Below, one piece after another: positions 12,860 to 26,292 of a stretch of 64,000 nucleotides of DNA; within the stretch, counting starts at the first letter, position 1; every line of letters starts with the position of its first letter. The notes beneath the pieces were generated by a model that saw nothing but the letters and a program-made list of their open reading frames with translations, ran no database searches and was not told where the DNA came from. This DNA comes from Podarcis melisellensis (taxonomy: Eukaryota). The translations under genes were made by a program, and so were the position numbers. The stretch lies in NCBI GenBank assembly GCA_964234715.1, contig OZ174285.1. One strand, 5' to 3'.

Positions 12860-13864
12860 GTAAGTGAAAATCCAACCATACGCTCCTTCCTACAACCACC
12901 TATTTAGTTGCATTTCCCTTTCTGGTGGCTGTCCCCCCCTTTTTTGTTTATTTCTGCAGTTTGTTCAATGGGGATACCCTGCCACATTCCGCTTCCTTGC
13001 CCATCAGTGTCTTAAGCATCCCACACAGTCTTGCTGTGAAATGGCCCTAGTTCTGGGGGCTTGGGCCACCTTCAGGGTGAGCATCATCACCTTGCCTGAG
13101 TGTGTGTGGCTGGAGGGCTCCGTGGATGAGGCCCTGATCCGCCTCCTGGCTCCCCTGTGCACTTGGCAGTGGGAGCAGCCAGTGGGCAAGCTCATTTCAG
13201 TCAGTGGCTGCCGAATATGGCATGTGGACGGATCCAGACATGCATGCCCACTTCTCCCTTTCTCAAGCCTCCATGCGTGGTGCCTGCCCCTTCTGGTCCC
13301 GGTGGTCTCTCTTCCATGGAGGAGAATTGCTGGCTTCCCCCGCCCGCAGCCTGGGGGAAGGTCCAAACTGTCTCCTGCAATGGAAGAGGCCAGCTTCCTT
13401 GAAAGCTGCCCTCAAAACATTGGGCAAAAATCTATCTGTTGGGGATCCTTTGGGTACATCTTGCCTTTTTTCCCAAGCAAGAGGCTGGATTCAGTAGGTC
13501 TGTTGGATCCCTTTATGTGATCCCCCTTGGACCTTCCTTCTGTGCCCTGCCTGTGACACGAGGAAGAGCTTTGATGAGTGGCTAATTGGGGGGCCAAGTG
13601 GGTGACCTCCTTCTGGGCCCTTCTTCCTCTCAGGGGCAGAGGAGCTGTGGTGGGAATGGTAGAGCAGGCAAGCCTGCTGGAGCACGGAGGCCCCTTCTCA
13701 CCTGTTGCGTTCCTATTAGTTTGGCTTCCTGCCCTCCCTTCAAGGAGCTCAGGGCGTCTGACTTGGGGGTCAGCAACATGCGCAGAGACCACCCTGAGCT
13801 GTGAACGATGCTCTTGAAAGAAGCACAAGGGTGCAGAGTAACTGAGGCTGCTTTTCTTTCCCAG

Positions 13865-13939
13865 TCGCTGGTCCAGTCCCGGAAGGCCGGAATTACCTCA
13901 GCCATGGCCACCCGAACTTCTCTCAAGGACGAGGAGCTG
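13865..13939 (+). CDS. UNC13B: exon SLVQSRKAGITSAMATRTSLKDEEL
   Basis: CCCAG acceptor, CTG|GTAAGG donor; 75 nt, phase 0-0. Confidence 0.96.
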
Positions 13940-14772
13940 GTAAGGGAGCCGGAGAGCTCGCCTCCGCCTTCTGGCAGGCCCCGGCCTGTGGTCCGAGTGC
14001 CCCTCGCGCTCTCCGTGGAGCACAAAAGCCGGCTCAGAGCGAAGCTGGCGTGGAAAGTCCGCCCTCGTCGGCACAGGCGAGATCAAAATAGCATGAAAGG
14101 GGGAGACTTTCAAAGGCAGCCAAGAGAGCTGAGCTTGCTCCCACAGAACAGCCATTACAAGAACAATGGGGGGTGTGCCGGGGGGGGGGCGGTTAATTAC
14201 CTACGTGGGACTGCTGAAAGGAAAAACAGCAGCACCTGAGGAGACGGAACAGAGCGGCTCTTGCGCGGCTGTTTCCATCAAGTCTCCTGCTCCTTGCCTG
14301 TCCTTTGAAAGTGCTGCCCAGGGCCTGGCTCTTAGGAGCGATGGGGCGGGGGCCACGGAGGGCTCCCCACACGCTGCCACCACAACACAATGCAGGCATT
14401 GGTGGCCTGGTCGGTTGCCGGGCCTTGTTGAAAGGAAGCTCACAGGAGAGGAGGGCTCTGCTTGCTCAGCCTACGTGGATCAGCCCCACCACTCTGGCTT
14501 TGGTTACTAGGGGCAGCTAGCACACTCGAGGAGCTCTTCTCCTGCAATGAAGTAACCCCCCCCCCCGGCCTCTTTTGGTTTGGAAACGCTGGCCCTGAAC
14601 ACGTCCTTGCTGAGTTTGGCAAGGAGCTGTTCGCCGTTAGTGCTGCTCTCTGTGCGCTGCCTGGAAGGGTGGCTCTGCTTCAGGGCTGACCCCGGCAGGC
14701 ATCCCATAAAGCTGGCAGGTGTGGCTGGGTCCCGTATTCTGACCCTTCAAGAAAACGGAGCCTGATCCCTAA

Positions 14773-15072
<300 letters not shown>

Positions 15073-17785
15073 TAGCCCCTCTCTTTCCTGTGGGGCAAGA
15101 ACTGCTAGGGGTAGAGGGGGCGGCCTGTAGGGCAGCCACATTTGTTTCATTTCTCAGTGGCTTGTTCTTGGAGAATGAGGCAAATGAATGGAAAGGCTAA
15201 AAAAATGGGGGCGAGGAAATGGAGAGAAGGCTCTTGAGATTCTGAACAGCGGTCAAGACGCTGTTGGATCTCCCTGGTGATGGTGCTTCGTCTGCTCTGG
15301 CTGGGGCTCCCCTCGTTCCATGGGGGCTGGGGGTGCAGGAGAGTTGGAGTCCAGCAGCATCTGCCGTGGGGCATCAGGTGAGCCAGCTCTGCCCTGCAGG
15401 AGGTGGAGATGTTCTTCAACCCAGCCTTGGCACAGGAGACCCAAGTGACCTCCGTGGCCAGAAGGACCTTGCAGACAGCTGTGTCCTCTCTAGACTGAGA
15501 GCATCTGACTGCTTGGTAACCTCCCCTCTGGATCTGACGCAGTCCATGGTTGTTCACTCATGTCAGCTGTCCTGGGAGGGGCCCCTCTTTTTTTCCTTTT
15601 TGTTGAAGGAAAAGCCAAAATAAAATAAGTTTACTCTTGTGGGTTTCTGTCTGTATCACAAATAGAAAGCTGTGTTTTTGTCTTTCCCTTCTTGGGGGAG
15701 AGGTCTCTTTCCCCCTCCATGGGGAAAACAAGCTGTTTCCTTGTTAGCTGCTGACCGCTTTGGCCTCCTGTCTTTGGGAAGAGTTAAAGCTCAGAAAAGC
15801 TGACACTTTGGGCAGTAGCTTTGTTCTGGGCTGGCCCCATCCCTCTCCCTTGATGCGGCGGGAAGGACATCAATACCCAGCCTGGCTTTGTGTTTCCTTT
15901 CCTGCCTCTCCTCTTGGCACCTGAATGTTTGAGCCAAGTAGCATTTTGGTCTCGGTGGATCACTTTGAATATAATTTCAACCATGGAGTCCCGGGAGGAG
16001 TTGCCTCTTGTTTTTGTGTGTGCAAATTGCCTCCTTTGTCTTGTGAAGGACAGATGGCTTTTTAGCGGCTCTGTGAGGGAGGTAAAAAAGAAAAAGAAGT
16101 CCACCTGGTTTGCAGCTTCACAGAAATAGAAATCTCACATTTTGAATGCAGCAGGTGCGGCAGATGCATTGATGCCCAGATGGCAAATCCTGCAGGGAAG
16201 CTATGAGGCCTAATTTTGGTTTTGTTTTCTGAGAGTTGACCCACTACTGGCAACTTGCTGAGGCTGCCTGCTCAGCCCGTCTTTTCCTAGAGTTGAACCA
16301 GACGGGTCATTGCTGCTTGATATCATTCATCTGAATCACCACCATGGTTTGTCAAGAGGCCTGCTTTCTGAATGCAGAAAGGAAATTTGTGGGGTGTGTG
16401 GAACAGGGCAGAGATGAGAGACCGTAGGCCAGGACCTGGGCAAAGCACTTGGAGGGAGCGTCCTGCACTGGACAAACTGGGCAGAATCCTTGTCATGTCT
16501 GTTGCTGTGTCTTCCTCCCTGCTGCAACAGTTCACAGGGGCTCAGAAAAGTTGCTTGTATGCCATGAATGCCATGACCTGGGATCATTATTTGGACATAC
16601 ATAAAAGTCTGTATACTTCGGGACACTCCTGCAGGAGAACAAAGGATTGAAAACAGACTGTGCCATTTGGATGCCCCCTTTTCTTGGGTTTCATATCCTT
16701 ATTTCTTAAGTCGTAGTTCGTGCAAACACTTTATCTTGGTGCCAGTTCTGCGCCATTTTGAATTGAATTTGATAGGAGCATGTAGCTTGCCTATGTTCAG
16801 TTAAGGTCTGGAGCCCCATCACAAACCATCCTCAACCTCCCCCCCCCCCCCGCCAGAGCAGAGGGGAGAGACTATTTCCCCTAATGAAGGTAAGGGGGGA
16901 GAGGAGGGTGCCCCCCTCCCTGGCGCATCTTGCAGTGCTTTTAGCTGTGAGGCTGCGGCATCCTTGACTCAAACCCTGGAAGCCAACCAGCCGCTTTGGG
17001 AACTGGTTCACTTCCGACTCCGCTCTGGTTGTTTGATCAAAAGGGGGAATTCTCGTTCTCTTCCTTTTACAAACCTTGGTGCTGAGCGTTCAGGCGGTGA
17101 TTGAAGTGCAACCTTTGTGAGCGCCAGTTTCGTCACAGGCTCTCTGTCAAGAAGTGTTTGGGCAGCAGAAGGAACGCTGGTTTTTATTTTAAATCGCAAA
17201 GCCTATTTTAGGGTTCCAAGAACAAATCATTTTCAGGCATTACCCTCCTACCTAACAGATGTCCCCCATACCATCAGCAGGAGGAAGGTGCACATTTCTC
17301 CACTAAGGCAAATGGCACTTGGGGGAAAACTCCCGAGGGGATCCCCAGTTCCTGTGCAGCAAGCACATTCCGTTGGAGGCTTCCCTCTCCTTGTGACCAC
17401 CCTGCGCAAGATGCTGGGGGAGCCAGAAGCCATGGGGGGGGGGTTGGCTCCTGAGGTTGGGATGCTGTTCTGTCATCTGGCCAGGAAAAGACCTTTAAGT
17501 TACAGGCTAGCAGGATCCCCTTTCCCCCTACTCAGCCTCTACTTATAAACGCTGTTTCTGTCTGTCTGCGGCTCTCCCATTAGCAACAAGTGCTCTGTTT
17601 CCAACTGCCTTGGGTGGCATCAGGAATCTCAGTCTTGCATACCACACAGCCCTGACTTAGGGGAATTGAGTTGGGTCCAACTTCCTGGAAACTAGCATGA
17701 TTCCAAGAGCAGTTTTGCTCCCCGGATCGACGGGGTCAGCTCTTTGCCAGCCGTCCCTTGCTAATCCTTTCCGCATTGTTTGCAG

Positions 17786-18013
17786 GAGCGGCAGAGAAGT
17801 GCTCAAAGCATGGGGCCGAGGATCGCACCCAGAACATCATCATGGCCATGAAGGATCGCATGAAGATCCGAGAGAGGAACAAACCAGAGATCTTTGACCT
17901 GATCAGAGATGTCTTCAGTGAGAGCAAAATGACCCACTCTCAGCAGATGAAGACGGTCAAGCAGAGCGTTCTGGACGGTACCTCCAAGTGGTCAGCCAAA
18001 ATCACCATCACAG
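17786..18013 (+). CDS. UNC13B: C1-C2B linker exon ([15 protein letters not shown]...KWSAKITIT)
   Basis: TGCAG / CAG|GTCAGC; 228 nt, phase 1-1. Confidence 0.96.
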
Positions 18014-18126
18014 GTCAGCAAGGCGGCCTGAGCCGTGAGGGGGGTGAAGGTGCCTTAGCTGCTGCTGGAACTGCCTCGTGTTTTTCTTTAGCTGTGCCGT
18101 CTTGTTACGATAATGTGTTTTTCTGA

Positions 18127-18291
<165 letters not shown>

Positions 18292-18423
18292 TAAGTATTT
18301 GTGTGTTGTTTTTTCCACTCTTTCATAGCTTCCCGTGTTGTCCTTTTTGTTTACAAAACACCTTGGGGGGGGAGGGGACACAAATACCTGCCAAATATCT
18401 CAATAATAATAAAAAGGCCAAAA

Positions 18424-18481
18424 GTTGTTGTTGATGATGATGATGGTGATGACGATGATGATGATGATGATGATGATAATG

Positions 18482-18525
<44 letters not shown>
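18424..18525. repeat. compound (GTT)n(GAT)n(AAT)n microsatellite
   Basis: Read directly from the sequence. Confidence 0.95.
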
Positions 18526-18527
<2 letters not shown>

Positions 18528-18949
18528 ACATTTAATCTATTTAGCCCTGATTCAAGATAGCAGCATCCAGGGGCGCAAGAAGGGGGTAGCCACCCACCCA
18601 CAGGCATTTCTGGAGAAAGACAATTGAAAGGGGCCCAGTTGTCTGGCTTATCGTCTGGTTTGTGTAGTGAAATTCCTTGGTAGAGGCAGGACGTACAACT
18701 GCGGTGATCATCTGAATTCCCTGCTGGAGATGGGAGTTGGAGATTGGGTGCTACAGCAGAGCTGCTCTTTTCTGACGGTTGGATTGAGAAGGTGGTGCTG
18801 AGCCTGCAGCCATTGTACAATATAGCTTTACTCTGTCTTGTCCCCCGACCTCTTCAATGTCTTCTTGAAACCGACAGGGGAGGTTTGCCAGGGATTTGGG
18901 TATCTGCCTTTTCATCTGATCCAGAAGAGACTGTGGACGTCTGGGCTCC

Positions 18950-19500
18950 ATGATGGGCTGGGTGTGGGCTGAGGAGCTGGGGCTCAGTCCTGGGAAGGTG
19001 GAGGTGCTGCTGTTGGGTGGTGTGTTGGACCATGACAGGTAGACGTCAGGGCTGCACTTTCCCTCTTGGCAGCTCAGGGCTGCCTTTGGAGCCAGCTTTG
19101 CTGAGAGATGCCTAAGGAGAAGCGATGCCTTTCAACGACTCCAGATTCCCCTTCTGGGAAGGGATGATCTTGTCTCAGATATCCATGCTGTGCTAACACC
19201 CAGTTGGAGGACTGCTGTGCGGTATATATGGGGCTGCCTATGCAAAACATTTGGAAACGTCGGTTATTCCAGAGCACAGCAGCCAAGATATTAGCTGGGT
19301 CTCATTTGGGGGAACTTCACTGGCTTCTGATTTCCTTTGGAAAGTGCTGACTCTAACCAAGAAAGCTATTCATAGCCTGGGGGCTCTTCTCCTGTAAGAA
19401 CCTTCCTTTCAGTGGGGATCAGATCAGGCCCTTCCAGAAGCTAGAGGGGGCTGTCGCTGCAGAGAGGGCCTTTTCTGTGGGGCTGTCCCACTTTCTTTGC
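18950..19500 (+). mobile_element. old degenerate L2 RT fragment
   Basis: Relics of YMGLP, FQSTAAKILAG and ELHWL motifs, similar to the L2 ORF at 63018; boundaries approximate. Confidence 0.5.
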
Positions 19501-19617
19501 CTGCTCCAGACACATTGACCTGGCCTCCTCATTACTCTCTGCTAAGCCTCCTGCTTTCCTGACCTTTCAACAGAACTTGGGATCCGTCATCATCACCAGG
19601 TTTTTTATTTATTTGTA

Positions 19618-19973
19618 CAGTGGTGCCCCGCAAGACGAACGCCTCGCAAGACGAAAAACCCGCTAGACGAAAGGGTTTTCCGTTTTGGAGGCGCTTCGTA
19701 AAACGAATTCCCCTATGGGGTTGCTTCGCAAGACGAAAAAAATATTGCATCCCCCTGCGGTTTTTTTTCGCTTTTTTCACCCTTTTCTTAAGCCGCTAAG
19801 CCGCTTATCAGCTGTTCCGCTGATAAGCCGCTTAACAGCTGATCGCTGGAAGCCGCTTGACAGCTGTAGCGCTAATCCGCTAAGCTGTCAATGGGCTTGC
19901 TTCGCAAGACGAAAAAACCGCTATACGAAGAGCCTCACGGAACGGATTAATTTCGTCTTGTGAGGCACCACTG
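19618..19973. mobile_element. Tc1/mariner (Tigger-like) MITE
   Basis: TA on both flanks; TIRs CAGTGGTGCCCCGCAAGACGAA / CAGTGGTGCCTCACAAGACGAA (20/22). Confidence 0.93.
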
Positions 19974-20135
19974 TACTGTTTATTTTTTAGTACTTTTGAG
20001 TATTGTTTCTGCTTTTGCTCCTTTTATTGAAATCAATGATATTTAAGTGGTTATTTGTAAGCTTCTCTCAGGACAAGGCAAAGGAAAAAGGAAAAAAAGA
20101 AACTTACATGGGCCTCTGGTTCTGTTTGTTAGAGG

Positions 20136-20350
20136 CAGGGCCCGCCCACCCATGAGGCAAGGTGAGGCAAGGTGAGGCAACCGCCTCAGGTGGCAAGATC
20201 CACAAGTGCAGCAGATCCCAATGTAGATCTTTATCCCCGCCCCCGCCCCGTTATGGATGTAGATCTTCATTCAGCCCTTATTCCCAAGCAGGGAAGGAGA
20301 GACCATTTTGTGGTTCGCCTCAGGTGCCCAAATGTCTTGGGCCGGCCCTG
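20136..20350. mobile_element. hAT MITE
   Basis: Perfect 8-bp TSD GTTAGAGG; TIRs CAGGGCCCGCCCA / CAGGGCCGGCCCA. Confidence 0.92.
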
Positions 20351-21925
20351 GTTAGAGGGATTATGGTCCCTTCATCTTGCTTTAGAAAGGGCAGCAGGGT
20401 GCCTGCAGGGTGCTTCTCGGTTAACAGTGCAACCCCTGTATCTGTGCCCAAGTGGCATGAAACCTGGCGGGCAGCACGGTGACAGAGAGCAGGGAAAGCT
20501 GCAGCTAAGGACTTTGTTAGTCTGCAAAGTGGTTGCCAAGTTAACAAGAGATGCCCTGAAGTTGCTGCTGCTGTCGTTTCACATTTAATTAACGCTAAAC
20601 CTAAAGCGGAGTCGGCTGCTGCAGAACAGCTTTGTTCGATGGGTGCTCAGCTTCTTTAAAAGGGTCTCCTCCTTGACAGCAGTTGGCCAGCTTTTCCCTT
20701 CCTCCTCTTGGCCTCCTCCCTCCCTGGGCAAAGGAGCCCTATGACCCCCAGAAGACCCCAAAGTGTCAGCCAAGGGACCTTTGCGTTTGGTATTTTCGTC
20801 AGCTATCTGAGCTGCCATGGCTCTTCTTCCTTGAGAGCAGATTTTGAATGAAAATGGACGAAGTGGGTCTTCTGTGAGCTAGAGCTGGTGGATCTCACTC
20901 CATTCTGAGTGTCAGATGCAGTTTGTGTTTTCAAGAAAATTGCGCACGTTACAAAGATTAAGCTTTTGCTTGGATGGATGAGGAAGCCCTCCTGGTCTTT
21001 CTTTAGAGAATAATTGTCCACAGGAGGCCTGACGGGTTCCTTACAAAGTATTCTGCAACCTCCAGGTTTAAGAGCATGAATGGAGGAGAGACGGAATCCT
21101 TGCGTTGGGCTGAAAGGGGTGCATGAACATCCCGGGAATCAGCTGCCACCCAGTGACCCTTCCCATTGTCCCAGGGCGGGTTCAGCACCGGGAGTGGAGT
21201 TTCTCTTCCCTCTGGGCTGGGAAGCCAGTTTCCTCCGGACGTTCGCTGCCCGTTCAATGCCAGCACTTGGGAAAGCAGAAGAGCTGCCTGCTCACAAGGC
21301 TGGAGCTGGAAAGCCGAGACATGGGCACGTCGAACCTCTGCTGACGTCTCCAGATGTAATTGTCTCAAAGGGGGAATCAGAAAGCACAGCTCATCAGGGG
21401 AATAATCACGCATAAACACAGGATTTCGGTGAGATGCTGAGCGTGATAATAGGCTGGGCCCCTGCAAGAAAGATTACAGAGCCAGGCGGAAGCTTTTAAG
21501 CAGCGACACTGTAGTTAACCACCCAGCTGGCTAGTTTGAGAGGATTTAATGGTAATCAAAACTGTTACATGCGGCTGCCTCATCTACACCTGATATTGAT
21601 CATCAGCTGCAGGGAGGCATCTCATCTCTTGTAGCAGCTGGACTGGCTTTGGTAGCGAGGGAATAAATATATCACAAAAGTACCCCGCTATCTCCCCTCC
21701 CCACAAGGCACCCAGCGACATTGCCATGTGGCTAGAAGAATACCATGCCTGGCAGCTTCTGGAACATTGGCATGACTTGGGCAGAGAGAGACCGCCCACA
21801 TTTGACCACTCGCAGTGTCATCCTGTTAAAAAAGCACAGAGTGTAGTTCTGAGAGAGGAGGGGTCGGGTTTTGTGTGAAGCATGTGTAGACTTGTGAAGA
21901 AATACATGACTGGAGCATAGAAAAC

Positions 21926-22250
21926 AGATTGAGAGTATAGGGGTAAGAACTGTAGGAGACAGAAGCACCTTACTGGGGGTGTCTGCTATAGACCTCCAAG
22001 CCAGACTGAAGACTTGGGTGGTGCAGATTACCAACCATTCAGAAAAGAAAGATATAGTAGTCATGGGAAACTTCAGCTTCCCCGATATCTGTTGGAATGC
22101 AAACTCTGCCAAGAAGGTGAGGTCCAGCATGCACTCTGGCTCTGAGAAGGCCAATTTCAAAAAGCTTAAGGAGCTGCTGGGTGAGATTCCCATGCTCAGA
22201 AATGCTCAGAGAGAAGGGAGTCCAAGTTGGGTGGGGATTTCTAAGAGGAG
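21926..22250 (+). mobile_element. CR1 LINE endonuclease-region fragment
   Basis: GVCYRPP and IVVMGNFSFPDICW motif relics, internally deleted. Confidence 0.75.
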
Positions 22251-22377
22251 AAACTGGAGGTTCTGTGAAACCTCAGGCTCTCTCTCCACACACACACACA
22301 CACACACACACACACCAACTACTGGTGCGTTTGACTCTTGAGAAGCCTGCTTGATGCAGCATTTCCAGAGTAGCTGA

Positions 22378-22449
22378 GATTCCTGCACTGCAGGGGTTGG
22401 GCTAGATGACTCTTGGGGTCCCTCCCGACTTTGCAATTCTATGATTCTA
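22378..22449 (+). mobile_element. CR1-type 3' tail (LINE or SINE)
   Basis: gattcctgcactgcagggg...attctatgattcta terminus. Confidence 0.8.
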
Positions 22450-24052
22450 AGCCCGAAAAGAGAGGTGGCACCCCTGGCCCACCCTCTTGGCAGAGAGGGC
22501 AGAGCAGTGCCACCCTCAGGGAGCGAGAGGAGCCCACTCAGAGAGAGGCCTTCCATGAGTCTGAATGGAGCTCCGCTTCCCAGTGGGAGCTGACGGCAGA
22601 AAGGTTTCAGATGGAAGGCAGCCTCCCTGGGAACGTCTCTCATTTAATTCACTTTTAGCCGTACAAATTGCCAGGAGTTTAAAAGGTGTCAATTAATGGA
22701 TCCCGAGTTACAGGTCAGTGGCAACTGGAAGCCCCACAAAGGCTTGGGGGAGAGCGAGGGAAATGCCACTGTCCTGATTGACAGAAGCTTCGCAGTTCGC
22801 CCATGACCCATTTTTCCACTTTCTTCTTCATTTTCTTCGGGTTGCTTGGCAACAGATGGTGCATTCTTAAAAAGGCTAAATCCCAAGCCTTGAGCACAGG
22901 CTCTGCGATGAGGCAGGTCGTGCGTTTTCCTCCCCAGGCTGGGTAGTTGCCAGGGCTGGTTAGGATGAGTAATTGTTCCCATCATGGGTCCACCTGGGCC
23001 TCTCAGTCCGTCCTTTCTGTCGCTTGCCCTTTGTGAGCTGAGGCATTTGCCACAGGAGCCAACCCGTCTTGCTAGACACACACACACACAAACCTGTTTT
23101 GGGGCTGCGGGGAGAGAAGTGGACCCAAAAATGAGTTTAGTCCAAACGCATGCATCCTCTTTCCCTTGTACCTTCAGGTTGGCTTCAGTATCACATTTGC
23201 ACACCAGAGATTGCTTCCAGAATAACTTCTGAAAAGGCTGCGTGCCTCTGGAAAGCAGGTGTTCCATAAGGATTCAAGAGCAAGCTGGGAGATGCTGGCT
23301 TGGTTCCTTTCTGCTCAGTGTAGCACCCCAGGAAACAGCCGCAGGAGTGGCAAATGTTCAGGTCACGTGGTTTTTACCTGTGTCGCAATAAGCAGCCGTG
23401 CGGACAGGTTCCGAAAGAGCATTCCTGTGGGGGTCCAGGACCAAGGAAGAGGGTTGCAGCTTTTCCCCCTGGGAATGAGCTCAGCTTCTACTGGGGATTG
23501 TCCACGCTCCGTGCCAAGATCACACGCAGGGTTGTTTTTGTATCGACTGGAGACTCAATGGCTTTAAACTGATGTGAAAAGCAAACGGCAGCCGGTCTTC
23601 ACATCTTGAGGAAACATCATATTGGGCTGCCTGGGAAAGAGATGATTGCCAGGCAGAGCCCAGCTCCCTCTGCCAGTTGTCTCCCTCTGAGAAGTCTCAG
23701 GTCTCCCAACCTCATAGCTGGCAGAGCTCTCTAGGCCCTTCTGGGTGGGGGAAACGTCACCTGGTGGGCTCAGCTTATATGTGCAAGATTTCAGCTGGTT
23801 GTGAGGAAGGATGCAAAGCGGTGGCATTGCATCCTTTTCTTTGGCCTGGAATCCCTCAATCCTTCCTCCTTTCCTCAGCAAATGCTGCATTTCTTTAGGA
23901 AAGCTGAGCCTAATACAGCAGAGGACATGTGGGGCAGTGGAGGAGTGAGGGAGATACTTTTTTAAGGCAGGAGACGGAGCTACATGACAGTGCGCTCCCT
24001 CCTTGAACATCTTGAGACTTAGGCTGGTGTGCTGCTCGTTTGGAGCTCTTGA

Positions 24053-24450
<398 letters not shown>

Positions 24451-25551
24451 TACGCTGCTTCACTTCAGTTGGAAATACAGCTTTGTAGACATGTGGATAG
24501 ACTACCTTCAAAAACAAAGGGAAATTGTGTGAGAGAAACACAGAGAGAGACCTACTTCAGTCTGTGCTCAGCCAATAATTTAGTTTCTGGGCCTCAAAAA
24601 TACAAGCTGCAAAATCTTTCCACCTGGAAGCCCTGGCAGAGTCTGGCAGAGAGGCCACAGAAGTGGCTTCCCTGAGCCTTTCCCTGCAGGGCTGCCTTCT
24701 GAGCTCTGACTCGGTTGCAGTGCCAGGAGTGACTGGGCTCAGAACCCAGATCCGCTGCCTCTCACTGCGCACACAAGCAAGAGAACAGCTGCCATGAAGA
24801 CTCCCCCAGAAGAGTGTTGTGGGCAGAAGCAAAGCCGTCCGCAGACACCTCTCCTTAACACCCCCACGAGGCAGCAATATTTGGGGAAGAGTCTGGCTTG
24901 GTGAGAGCTCCAGGCAGATGGTGCCTGGGTTTGGGGGGAGGGCTTGGTTGCCTGCAAGAGTCCTCCGCTGCCCCCCTGCTCTGCTGAGCCGTCTCCTGCT
25001 TTCTTGCCTGGGCTCTCGTGGGGAGGGGAGGTTTGGGGGGAGGACATTTCAGAGAGGGGCACTTGGCTGTGTCACAGAGGGAACTCTACTCCTCTCACAG
25101 CCTGTGAAGTTGTCCTGTTCGCCATCTTCCTGATGGGCAGCTCCAAGGCAGGTGCTCCCAAGGCATCCTGGAGTTGACTTTTGGCTGAGCCATCCCAGGG
25201 CTCTGAAGACATGGAAGTCTTCTCCTGCCTCTTCCCTTGTCTCCTTCCTCTGGAACTGGATCCCCTGGGAGGAAAGGGCTGTTTCAGTTTCTTGAAGCCC
25301 AAGGCCTCCAACTCCAGGATTTTATAGCCAAGGGCAGGATCCTGCCATTAACATTGCAGTGACTGAGGGGACACAGGGCTGCAGAGAATGGACTGCAAAG
25401 TTTGTTTGTGAGCCAGGTAGGCAGGAGCAGGGCTGTCTTGCTGGCACAGCTCTCTGTCTGCAGAGCCCCAACGCTGATCTTTTAAGAGGCCCACAAATGG
25501 GAGAAGGGGTGCAGTCCTAGCCTTGGGGTACAGAGCGCGGGGTTAACTCTG

Positions 25552-26044
25552 TTTTTTAAAAGAAAAAATTTCATTTTTTTGGTTTTTCAAAGACTTACAG
25601 ACATACAAATTACAAAGACACAAATCACATACAGTGGATGCTCAGGTTGCAAACATGATACCTCGGGTTACAGGCACTTCAGGTTGTGTTTTTTTTGGGT
25701 TATGGTCCACTGAAACCTGGAAGTACTGGAACGGGTTTCTTCCGGGTTTCAGCGGTCGTGCATGCGTAGAAGCGCTATATCGCACTTTGCGCATGCTCAG
25801 AAGTGCAAGCCACACGTGCGCAGATGCGGGTTGCAAACGCTGTGGGTTGTGAATGTGCATGCCGCATGGATCACATTCGCAACCCGAGTGTCCGCTGTAC
25901 ACATATATTCGACTTCCCTCCCCCACTTTTGTGGTTTCTTTTTATTTAAAATTTCCACCCTGAATTTCCCACATTGCTCCATCTTTAAGTTATTATCTAT
26001 TTTGTCTTAATAATATGTTTAGCTGTTTGTTTTATGTTAACCCT
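25552..26044 (-). mobile_element. L1-like 3' UTR fragment hosting a MITE
   Basis: T-rich start, gacttccctccccc motif, possible 16-bp TSD (13/16 match: 25536-25551 vs 26045-26060). Confidence 0.55.
25632..25897. mobile_element. Tc1/mariner MITE
   Basis: TA flanks; TIRs CAGTGGATGCTCAGGTTGC / CAGCGGACACTCGGGTTGC. Confidence 0.88.
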
Positions 26045-26176
26045 CGCAGGGTTAGCTCCGGCTGCCCCTCCCCTTTCTTCCTCCAGCCAACCTTGCTGTG
26101 CTTTTGTGGACCCCCAAACTGTGTTAGGGGAGGTTCAGGGTTTCCCTCTTGAAAATGGGCTCGTTTTTCCTTTTAG

Positions 26177-26292
26177 AAAAAAGAACAGACAAGTCTGCCG
26201 TGTCCGGTGCCATCCGCCTTCAGATCAACGTGGAGATTAAAGGTGAAGAAAAGGTGGCCCCTTACCATGTCCAGTACACCTGCCTTCATGAG
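26177..26292 (+). CDS. UNC13B: exon [38 protein letters not shown]
   Basis: TTTTAG / GAG|GTAAGC; phase 1 to 0. Confidence 0.97.

Noticed and set aside
12864-13520. 218-aa plus-strand ORF after the microexon
   Set aside because: Starts inside the donor site; atypical composition; intronic.
18301-18820. Poly-D/N and poly-Y/H ORFs
   Set aside because: Translation of an intronic compound microsatellite with no flanking splice signals, unlike the 51608 candidate.
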